Positions 34,576 to 42,252 of a DNA stretch of 55,725 nucleotides are shown here, in pieces. Numbering within the stretch: position 1 is the first letter of the stretch; every line of letters begins with the position of its first letter. The notes beneath the pieces are model-generated. The model searched no databases. It was not told where the DNA came from and worked only from the letters and a program-made list of their open reading frames with translations. Source of the stretch: Nostoc sp. DedSLP01 (GTDB lineage Bacteria > Cyanobacteriota > Cyanobacteriia > Cyanobacteriales > Nostocaceae); NCBI GenBank assembly GCA_034530875.2, contig JAVRCJ020000042.1, forward strand, positions 1 to 55,725, given 5' to 3'. The position numbers and the translations under genes are program-made.

Positions 34576-34716
34576 GAGTCTTTGATATTCGCCGACGAGT
34601 CTTTGATACTCGGTGACGAGTCTTTGATACTCGCGAACGAGTCTTTGATATTCGGCGACGAGTCTTTGATACTCGCGAATGAGTCTTTGATACTCGTGAA
34701 TGAGTCTTTGATACTC
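34576..34716. repeat. 21-bp tandem array, 7 units of GAGTCTTTGATA(C/T)TC plus 6 variable nt
   Basis: Units start at 34576, 34597, 34618, 34639, 34660, 34681 and 34702. Confidence 0.95.
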
Positions 34717-34831
34717 AGAAATACGAAATTATGGCAAAGCAGAGATGTCGCATCGTAATATCTCTACACACACGAAATTCCTAGCGAGTGTTATTCATCC
34801 AAGCTTCTTGGAAAATATGGTACAAGTGGCA

Positions 34832-35125
34832 TACAGCGTTTTTCATCTGAACGACAATTTTCGATAAGGGCGCAAAGCTGTTCATTGGTGTCATCTTAAG
34901 CTCAAACTCTTGCTCCACAATCGTTTTACCCCACCCCCAACCCCTCCCCTTGGCAAGGGGAGGGGAAGTTTTGCGTCAGCAAAGCCGGGGTGGGGTAACG
35001 CGGATCTTGATGGGAAGTGAGTAGAACTCGCTCATCACGTTTTCATCAGGGTTTCACGTTAAGTTGACACCAATGTATAGCTTTGCACCCCTACAACGCG
35101 GTCTATTTACCTGAAAATTGCTGTA
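34832..35125. mobile_element. Outer miniature element (TACAGC...GCTGTA ends) carrying nested insertions
   Basis: Imperfect terminal inverted repeats tacagcgtttttca / tgaaaattgctgta. Confidence 0.55.
34883..35075. mobile_element. MITE with CATTGGTGTCAACTTAA-type terminal inverted repeats, copy 1
   Basis: cattggtgtcatcttaa ... ttaagttgacaccaatg; homologous copy at 44196-44359. Confidence 0.85.
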
Positions 35126-35134
35126 AAAACAACG

Positions 35135-36577
35135 TTAGCGACAATTATCGCAATGTCCGCAACGCCAGTTGGCTGCTTCTTTGTCAAAACCAAAGGCGTT
35201 TAATAAAAATTGCCAACGACACCGCTTGCTTGTGAGATATTGATGCATTTGTTTGGCGGCGTGTAATTGCGTTGCTGGCTGATTTTTCGCTTTTTCTTCA
35301 ATGCTGTAGTGAAAAGGGTCAAGCCATTTTAATTGGCCGTTGCTGTGGAGTAAAGCTAAGGCTGTAGCAGCTTCGGGGAATTGTCGGGTTACTAGGTTCA
35401 CTTCTCCCTGCTTTGGTAATTTTTTCACAAGTTGCTGCGCTATTTGTTGTTGCGATCGCATTTTGTCCTGAAAAAACTGCTGTCTTTGCTTATCTCCTGA
35501 ATCTAACCAGCCTGTAGGTTCGCTTACCAATGTTAAAGCTTCTGCCGGTTTTCCATCTCTTCCAGCGCGGCCGATTTCTTGCACGTATTCTGAAAGCAGA
35601 TGTGGCGCGTGAAAGTGAATAACCCAGCGCACTGTGCTTTTATTAATCCCCATACCAAACGCACAGGTACAAACCACAAACGGCATTTCGCCACTTAACC
35701 AACCGGCTTCTACTGCACGGCGTTCTGTTGCACCTAATCCCGCATGATAACTTGCTGTGTTATAGCCCATGTCTGCTAACCATTGGGCTAAATCTTCGCT
35801 ATCTTGCCTAGTACGAACGTAAACTAATCCCGATTGTTGCGGTCTATTTTGAATAAACTTTAATATTTGTTGTTTCCTACCTCGTGGCGTCCAAGCAATG
35901 CGAACGGTAGGATGCAAATTAGGACGGTAAGGATTCAACCGGAAAATCTCTGGTTGCTGTAATTGTAAAACTGTTTGAATAATTTTTTGAGCTAAGGGAT
36001 CAGCAGTTGCGGTGAAAGCTGCGATGCATATTTTTGTTCCTGGCGGTTTTGATTTTAGTAGTGCAGGACGCACCGCACCTAGTCTGCGATAAGCTGGGCG
36101 AAAAGTATCACCCCACTGCACTAAACAATGGGCTTCATCTAAAATCAAACCATTTATTTGTAATTGCGGTTGAGATAATATTTCCCAAACTGGCGCACTC
36201 AACAAAGTTTCTGGCGATAAATACAATAATCTTAGTTGTTGGCGTTGCAAAGCTTGCAGAGTTGCACGGCGTTGAGATGTCGGTAATTCGCTATGTAAAA
36301 GTGCTGCTTTTTGATTGTTTTGTCGTAGTTCCTGTACTTGGTTTTCCATCAACGCTACTAAGGGGGAAACTACTAGAGTTAAGCCTGTTTGGAGGAGTGC
36401 GGGAAGTTGAAAACAAATCGATTTACCTCCACCTGTGGGCATAATAATCAGCGCATCTTTTTGTGTTAGCAAAGTACTGACTATTTCTCCCTGTGGCGGC
36501 CGGAAATCTTCGTAACCCCAAATTTTTTTAAAAGCTGTTAGGACTTCTTGCCAAGATTTCGTTGTTGGTTGATTCAT
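35135..36577 (-). CDS. recQ: RecQ-family ATP-dependent DNA helicase (short form)
   Basis: MPTGGGKSICFQLPA, DEAHC..QWG..FRP, TATA, YHAGL, QEIGRAGRDG, C-terminal CR...CGHCDNC zinc motif. Confidence 0.93.
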   Translation of the reverse strand: MNQPTTKSWQEVLTAFKKIWGYEDFRPPQGEIVSTLLTQKDALIIMPTGGGKSICFQLPALLQTGLTLVVSPLVALMENQVQELRQNNQKAALLHSELPTSQRRATLQALQRQQLRLLYLSPETLLSAPVWEILSQPQLQINGLILDEAHCLVQWGDTFRPAYRRLGAVRPALLKSKPPGTKICIAAFTATADPLAQKIIQTVLQLQQPEIFRLNPYRPNLHPTVRIAWTPRGRKQQILKFIQNRPQQSGLVYVRTRQDSEDLAQWLADMGYNTASYHAGLGATERRAVEAGWLSGEMPFVVCTCAFGMGINKSTVRWVIHFHAPHLLSEYVQEIGRAGRDGKPAEALTLVSEPTGWLDSGDKQRQQFFQDKMRSQQQIAQQLVKKLPKQGEVNLVTRQFPEAATALALLHSNGQLKWLDPFHYSIEEKAKNQPATQLHAAKQMHQYLTSKRCRWQFLLNAFGFDKEAANWRCGHCDNCR

Positions 36578-36832
36578 AATTAATGCTGCGATGCACCCAT
36601 ATTCTTGAATACTGAATATAGCTTTTGCTTTTGAATTCATGGTTCAGTAATTCATCTGAATATTGACTAGAGGGATTTCTAGTTAAGTGAGGTAGACAAA
36701 GTTTTGAAACGCAAAGAAACGCAGAGTCAAGCGCAGAGTTACGCTGAGGTTTGCCCAATTTAAAAAGTGAAGTACTTTGTAACTAATTATCAATTATAAT
36801 TAATTATTAATTTCACAAATATTAAATTAAAT

Positions 36833-37279
36833 ATGAACGAAGAATTAAAGCATAAGTTTTATATCAGCACCGATAAAGGTAAATTAGATATTAAAATTAT
36901 TCATGATTTTTTACAAACTTCTTATTGGGCTGAAAATATACCATTAGCGATTGTGGAAAAATCAATACAAAATTCTTTGTGTTTTGGATTGTATGAAGGG
37001 GAACAACAAGTTGGTTTTGCTAGAGTCATTACTGATTATGCAACTTCTGCATTATTAAAAGATGTTTTTATTTTGGAGCCTTATCGAGGGCAGGGTTTAG
37101 GAAAATGGTTTGTAGAATATATTTTAGAATATGCGGAATTACAAGATATTCAAAGGTGGATGTTAGGTACGAAAGATGCTCATGGACTTTATCGGCGTTA
37201 TGGGTTTAAAAATTTAACTGAGCCGGAAAGAATCATGATAAGAATTCAGCACTCAGGAGCTAAAAGTCAGAATTTATAA
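36833..37279 (+). CDS. GNAT family N-acetyltransferase; C-terminus altered by an insertion
   Basis: SYWA, GFARVITD, YRGQGLGK, TKDAHGLY..YGF. Confidence 0.92.
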   Translation: MNEELKHKFYISTDKGKLDIKIIHDFLQTSYWAENIPLAIVEKSIQNSLCFGLYEGEQQVGFARVITDYATSALLKDVFILEPYRGQGLGKWFVEYILEYAELQDIQRWMLGTKDAHGLYRRYGFKNLTEPERIMIRIQHSGAKSQNL

Positions 37280-37367
37280 GGATTTCAGTAGAATTAAGAT
37301 ATTTATCAAACCTTGGTCTAATTCTTTAATTATTCTGACTCCTGAATTCTGACTCCTGAATTCTTAC
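37241..37367. mobile_element. Miniature inverted-repeat insertion in the GNAT 3' end
   Basis: Ends agaattcag.../...ctgaattct; flanked by the 11-bp direct repeat GAATCATGATA at 37230-37240 and 37368-37378. Confidence 0.75.
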
Positions 37368-37496
37368 GAATCATGATACGTTTAAATCTTAATAGCGATC
37401 GCTCTTAACAAACTGCTAGTAGATTCATCGCCAAGCTACATTGACACCTAGATTACAATCATAGGTATAGTTTCTCTGACTGGAGTTATTCATCGG

Positions 37497-38579
37497 GTGA
37501 TTCAATCCGATTCAATGACAAAGCACACCAGACAACTATTACTGACTGTCCTCAAAGTCGTTGTCTTATGCCTAACACTGCTCTTACTGGGAACAAGCAA
37601 CAGTTGGGCGCAAATTGCTAGTGACAGTAAAATCGCTCCTTTAATTGAGAAGCTGATAGATAACGACGCCCACATTCGCAGCATTGCGGCAGATACATTA
37701 GTTAATATCGGTTCGCCAGCAGTGCCATCTCTAATTGAGGCTTTGAAAAATCAAGATCGCAATCTTCGCTGGCACGCGGCTTCTGTTTTAGGAGATTTGG
37801 GTGCAGAAGCAGCACCAGCCGTCCCGGCTTTAAGCGCGGCGTTGCAAGATGAGGATGCACAAGTCCGCCTTTACGCTACCTTAGCTTTAGGAAATATTGG
37901 TACGGCAGCAAAGCCAGCAGTTCCATCTTTGATGGCGGCATTACAAGACAAGGAACAATACGTCAGGATTTATGTACCTTCTGCACTTAGGAAAATTGGC
38001 GTCGAAGCGAAAGTTGCTATTCCAGTACTAACTGCTGCCTTAAAAGATAATAACCCCACAGTACGTTACAATGCCGCCTACGCTCTGGGTGCAATGGGTA
38101 CAGAAGCAGTATCCGCTGTCCCGAATTTAATTAGCCTGTTAAATGATGACCTGTCTTACGTGCGTTTAGGTGCTATCAAAGGTTTGGGAGGAATAGCAGC
38201 AGGTTTTCAGGACAAAGCAAACGCTTTACCTACTTCCAAGTTGCAGAAAGTCATTTTAGACTTTGAGAAGGTATTAGCAACCATCCAAGAATACAAAGAA
38301 AAATTTACAGAAACCGACATTAGGCTGATACGCCGCCCTTTGAATGCGCTAAAAGCAGAAAAAGAAACTCGCCTCTTCGATAGAAGTTTGGAATGGGTAT
38401 TTGGGCATAAATTACTCTTGGGAATTGCCGCCTACGTTATCTTATTGCCTAGTGTATGGTTAATTCTCTTGCGGGTAGCACCTTTATGGTTGTTGAAAAT
38501 TAACAATGCCCTCAAACCCTACAAAGATTTTTCCCTACCATTTGTCAGCGTTAATGTACTTCCATCGGTGAGAGGTTAA
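37497..38579 (+). CDS. HEAT/PBS-lyase repeat protein with signal/TM segments, probably 3'-truncated
   Basis: Repeated AVP.LI.AL.D....VR..AA.ALG.IG units; ends shortly after a TM segment at the edge of an AT-rich insert. Confidence 0.85.
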   Translation: MIQSDSMTKHTRQLLLTVLKVVVLCLTLLLLGTSNSWAQIASDSKIAPLIEKLIDNDAHIRSIAADTLVNIGSPAVPSLIEALKNQDRNLRWHAASVLGDLGAEAAPAVPALSAALQDEDAQVRLYATLALGNIGTAAKPAVPSLMAALQDKEQYVRIYVPSALRKIGVEAKVAIPVLTAALKDNNPTVRYNAAYALGAMGTEAVSAVPNLISLLNDDLSYVRLGAIKGLGGIAAGFQDKANALPTSKLQKVILDFEKVLATIQEYKEKFTETDIRLIRRPLNALKAEKETRLFDRSLEWVFGHKLLLGIAAYVILLPSVWLILLRVAPLWLLKINNALKPYKDFSLPFVSVNVLPSVRG

Positions 38580-38688
38580 GGTAATAGCACATTTGTCAAG
38601 AGGTGTGGAAAAGTATTAGTGACGCTATATGTGTATGCATTTTTAGAATTTTATCAAAAAATAAGGGATAAGTTTAGCTTCACGGGCT

Positions 38689-38955
38689 ATGCTAGAAACA
38701 TCCAGTCAATACTACTGGAATATGAACAACTCTAATCCTGATAAAAATCTTGATATAGAAGAAATTGCTGAGTATATCGCTAGGGCATCTCAAAAGATAG
38801 TTGATGAGATGAAAAAACAAGCTGAAAATTATTCAGGTTTTGAGGAAACTGTTCAAAAAATGAAAGATGAATCATTAATAGAGCAACAAAAGCATCAAGA
38901 GGATTTTAATGAAAGAAGAATTCAAATTAAAGGAAAATTTAATAGAAGAAGATGA
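38689..38955 (+). CDS. Hypothetical charged helical protein in the AT-rich insert
   Basis: 88-aa ORF overlapping the next gene by 47 nt. Confidence 0.55.
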   Translation: MLETSSQYYWNMNNSNPDKNLDIEEIAEYIARASQKIVDEMKKQAENYSGFEETVQKMKDESLIEQQKHQEDFNERRIQIKGKFNRRR

Positions 38956-39850
38956 TTTAAACTTAAAACATTTTATTTATTTAGATAAAAGTAAGTTACA
39001 TTCATATTCTTCTCAATTATTTGAAGGGTTAGTACAACTTAGAAGATTAATAGAAAATGAAGGTACTAAATCTACACAAAGTTCAGGTGAAGAATATACA
39101 GAAAAGGTTCAAGAAGATAGTAAAGAAGGAGAGATAAGTGTTGGGCCTAAAAATTATGCGGGTGGTCTTAGTGGAAAAACAATGGATAAAACAATTCATA
39201 GAGATGGATATAAAAAAGGAGTTAATACGAAAAGTGATGAATACTTATATTCTATGGCTGAAGATATTGTTGAACATGACTATGGTTATTTGAAGTTTGA
39301 AGAAATTTTAAGCAATAAAGGAATTTTAAAAAAAATAAATGATATAGAGGAATTACAAAAGTATTCATCATTAATAAAAATAACTGGGGTATGTAGATTT
39401 ACAGACTGGGATTCAATTATAGAAGCATTCAATAGTGATAATGTAATAAATCTTTTTATAGAGAAATCTAATCAAAATACTGATAAGGCTTTTAAAAAAG
39501 ATTCTCAACAAAAGAAAAAAGAAAAAAATGATTTCAAAGCTACACTAGAAATAATTAAAGCATTTTCAATTGGATCTGTTACTGTCAATACAAATATAGG
39601 AAACTCAAATTTAATAGGAACTCTAAACCAAGAATATCTTCGCCTAACAAGAGATCAACTTAGATCCGCATATATTCTGCCTGGGGATGTAGAAATGACA
39701 ATAGTTGGATTTATTCCAAGGAGAAAAATAGAAAAAATTACCTTCCCAGGTCTTTCAGGAACAATAGACATGACAGAAGTATGGAAAGGTTGGACAGGAG
39801 AAATTGATGCAGTAATAGAACCAATAGCAATATATACCGAAATTAAATAG
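38909..39850 (+). CDS. Hypothetical protein (tentatively DUF6414-like) in the AT-rich insert
   Basis: 313-aa ORF; N-terminal FIYLD..KLHSYSSQLFEGL and C-terminal IEPIAIY recall DUF6414-type proteins (from memory, unverified). Confidence 0.75.
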   Translation: MKEEFKLKENLIEEDDLNLKHFIYLDKSKLHSYSSQLFEGLVQLRRLIENEGTKSTQSSGEEYTEKVQEDSKEGEISVGPKNYAGGLSGKTMDKTIHRDGYKKGVNTKSDEYLYSMAEDIVEHDYGYLKFEEILSNKGILKKINDIEELQKYSSLIKITGVCRFTDWDSIIEAFNSDNVINLFIEKSNQNTDKAFKKDSQQKKKEKNDFKATLEIIKAFSIGSVTVNTNIGNSNLIGTLNQEYLRLTRDQLRSAYILPGDVEMTIVGFIPRRKIEKITFPGLSGTIDMTEVWKGWTGEIDAVIEPIAIYTEIK

Positions 39851-39983
39851 GGGCAGATATAGCATAGCTGGCATCAGAGGGTCAAAATCATCGTGAAATT
39901 GACCGAAATTGGGTAAAGTCGCTGGGATTACACCTCCAGTTAATACACCACCTAGTGTTGTGCGATCGTTAATACCATGAATA

Positions 39984-40014
39984 TGTAGAGACGTTGCAAT
40001 GCAACGTCTCTACA
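39984..40014. repeat. Small palindromic dispersed repeat (GTAGAGACG...CGTCTCTAC family)
   Basis: tgtagagacgttgca-a-tgcaacgtctctaca; degenerate relatives at about 40059-40087, 34740-34768 and 48682-48750. Confidence 0.85.
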
Positions 40015-40105
40015 GGGATTTTCCTATCATGCACAATCGTTTTTATACCAATACGGTTCAGAGACGCGATCGATCGGCGTCTCTACAAGTCTTTTGGTGT
40101 GATGC

Positions 40106-40342
40106 CTAAAATACTGTACCATCACTTTCGATTTGGATGGGGGACGTACCACTTGTTCTGAGTTCAGCTGCAATTTTACGCCCAGCTGTCCAAGTTCCAC
40201 TTGGAGAATTTTTACTAGTGGCATTTCTTGGGGATTCATATTCAACTTTTCGCGGACTTTAGCGGCGATATAATCTAAGAGAATTACCGTTAAAGCGCGC
40301 CATTCAACTATTATTTCTGATTCTACTGGATGGGGCGATCGC
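40106..40342 (-). pseudogene. 3' fragment of a URC4/urg3 (DUF1688) family gene
   Basis: Reads RSPHPVESEIIVEWRALTVILLDYIAAKVREKLNMNPQEMPLVKILQ, then after a 1-nt frameshift near 40200 (G)GTWTAGRKIAAELRTSGTSPIQIESDGTVF*. VEWRALTV/GGTW.AGR/SDGTVF is the URC4 C-terminus. Begins at HIP1 40335-40342. Confidence 0.85.
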
Positions 40343-40474
40343 CAAACATCTAAATCTTTTACATTATGAAATTAATTCTTGTTTATCATTAGTCATTAGT
40401 CATTTGTTATTAACCTAACTTGGTAGAGTAAGTTAATGTTAGCTTAAGAAGAAATTGTAAACTCGACAGAGCTT

Positions 40475-40729
40475 ATGACAATAAAGATTAATATTGAACT
40501 TCCAAATGATGTTTTTTCAGCACTCCGCAGTAACCCAGAAACCTTTGTTCAGGAAATGCGTTTGGCAGCAGCTGTCAAATGGTATGAAGTTGGTATGGTT
40601 TCCCAATCTAAGGGTTCTGAAATCGCAGGAGTAAGTCGTCACCAATTTCTAGAAGCACTCAATCGTTACAATGTTTCACCTTTCCAAGTGACTCCAGAAG
40701 AATTAGCAGAGGAGTTAGGACGTGAGTAG
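40475..40729 (+). CDS. UPF0175 family protein (putative antitoxin)
   Basis: EMRLAAAVKWYE.G.VSQSKG.EIAG.SR..FL..L. Confidence 0.9.
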   Translation: MTIKINIELPNDVFSALRSNPETFVQEMRLAAAVKWYEVGMVSQSKGSEIAGVSRHQFLEALNRYNVSPFQVTPEELAEELGRE

Positions 40730-40824
40730 ACGATGGGTTGTGAACGCTTCTCCATTGATTGTACTTACTAAAATTAATCAGGTTCATCTGCTTTTTGAAC
40801 TTTGTGATGAAGTTATTATTCCTA

Positions 40825-40950
40825 TAGGAATCCGGTTTGATTACTGAAATTATTTGTGTAGGTAGGGAGTAGGGAATGGGGAGTAGGGAGTGGGAAAGAA
40901 GCCTTGTTTGGGTGTACTGATTTTTTTCACCAAATCAAATATGATTTTTA
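40825..40950 (+). mobile_element. About 126-bp MITE with TA target duplication, copy 1
   Basis: TA|taggaatccggtttgatt...aatcaaatatgattttta|TA; removing it restores CCT-AGT-GGT in frame; homologs at 49194-49318 and 55246-55372. Confidence 0.9.
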
Positions 40951-41149
40951 TAGTGGTATTGTTGCAGAAATCTGTGTTGCATCAGATAACGATCCTGCAA
41001 AAGTGTGGATTTTGAATGAAGGATCTAGCTATATTCGAGATGTGGAACAAATCGATCCGGTGATTGCTGCATGGGATCTTGGTTTGGGAGAGAGTCACGT
41101 TCTCACCTGAATATATAAAAACCTTGGCTATGAAGCAATTTTAGACGAT

Positions 41150-41170
41150 GCCTGCGGCGGGCTACGCCTA
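41150..41170 (+). mobile_element. 21-nt small dispersed repeat inserted into a CGAT^CGC (HIP1-like) site
   Basis: gacgat|gcctgcggcgggctacgccta|cgcgcc; removing it restores LDDRAA. Confidence 0.75.
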
Positions 41171-41383
41171 CGCGCCGCAAAAATCGCAGCAGTTGCTTTG
41201 GGGATGTCGGTACGGGGAACTTTAGGTGTTATTCTGCTTGCTAAACAAGAAGGTAAGCTAAAAGCTGCTAGACCAATTTTTGAGCAACTGACTCAGGTTA
41301 ACTTTAAAGTCAGTACAGAAATTTTGGAGTCAGCACTTAGACTTGTTGGTGAGTAGTACATTAACAAACCACATACGGAAAAT

Positions 41384-41462
41384 GCGATCGCAACGATAGG
41401 CCAAAGCTTCTAGGATGGGAAGTAAGAACAATATGCCGCGAAACATCGTTTTGCTTTGGCAT
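41384..41462 (-). pseudogene. 5' fragment of a GTP cyclohydrolase II-like (URC1-type) gene
   Basis: ATG at 41462 reads MPKQNDVSRHIVLTSHPRSFG, matching the HIVLTSHP N-terminal motif recalled for this family; ends at HIP1 41384-41391. Confidence 0.65.
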
Positions 41463-41748
41463 AGTCATGAATTGTTTGTGATGGTTTTATGAATTATTAA
41501 TGACTCAGGATTTGTCAACTACCTATAGTAAGTTTTGATGCTTAAAAGTGTGGCATCCTGACCGCCAAGTACTTATAAGTATGAATATTGAGTGTGTTAT
41601 TGCTGATGTTGTTGAATATAACAAATAACACAGAAATTTCATAAATAGCAATTAATCTCCGTAATTTTAAAGATGACTTTAAAAATGTTTGAGAAAAGGA
41701 ATTTTGTGAGAAAGTAAAAATAAAGGTATATTCACTGATTTCAAATTC

Positions 41749-42231
41749 ATGGATTCTTTATCTATCAATTCCTTACTTGAAGAATTAAAAAATCCCGATG
41801 CTACAGTCCGCGAACAGGCAACCAGAAAAATCTGGCGCATCTGGTTTCAGCAAAAGGGAATCTATGGGCTGGAAAGAATTGACCGCAGTCAAAAGTTACT
41901 TGATGCAGGTGAAACTACTGAAGCCGAAATAGCCCTGACAGAACTACTCAGAGAACAGCCAGATTTTGCCGAAGCTTGGAATCGCAGAGCTTTTCTGTAT
42001 TACAGTATTGGCGATTATCAAAAATCTCTGGCAGATTGCCAGATGGTTATACAGATAAATCCAATACATTTTGGTGCCCTTCATGGCATGGGTTTGTGTT
42101 ATGCAGCACTAGGAAATTATAGTGAAGCAATCCGAGCTTTTAAACGCGCTCTCGAAATTCAACCTTATTCGCTGGTCAATCAAAAGTTGATTCTAGAATG
42201 TACGTATAGATTGAGCTACGACGGTAGATAG
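41749..42231 (+). CDS. Tetratricopeptide repeat protein
   Basis: PDFAEAWNRRA..YY..G.Y..S..DC, P.HFGAL.GMG TPR units. Confidence 0.9.
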   Translation: MDSLSINSLLEELKNPDATVREQATRKIWRIWFQQKGIYGLERIDRSQKLLDAGETTEAEIALTELLREQPDFAEAWNRRAFLYYSIGDYQKSLADCQMVIQINPIHFGALHGMGLCYAALGNYSEAIRAFKRALEIQPYSLVNQKLILECTYRLSYDGR

Positions 42232-42252
42232 GAGAAAAGATCGTACTTTTTT

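Larger units (their letters stand above)
40722..41356 (+). pseudogene. DUF3368 (PIN-like) toxin pseudogene
   Basis: GTG start, WVVNASPLI...LGLGES..ILDD..A...GTLGVILLAK..G. Interrupted by a MITE (40825-40950), a TGA at 41108-41110 and a 21-nt insertion (41150-41170). Confidence 0.88.

Noticed and set aside
34576..34716. CRISPR array
   Set aside because: Repeats are 15 nt with 6-nt semi-conserved linkers, far shorter than CRISPR repeats and spacers; no cas genes or leader in the window.
40027..40245. 72-aa ORF as a real gene
   Set aside because: It is the frameshifted read-through of the URC4 fragment into repeat DNA.
40904..41110. 68-aa ORF as a real gene
   Set aside because: Starts inside the MITE and is the middle piece of the DUF3368 pseudogene.
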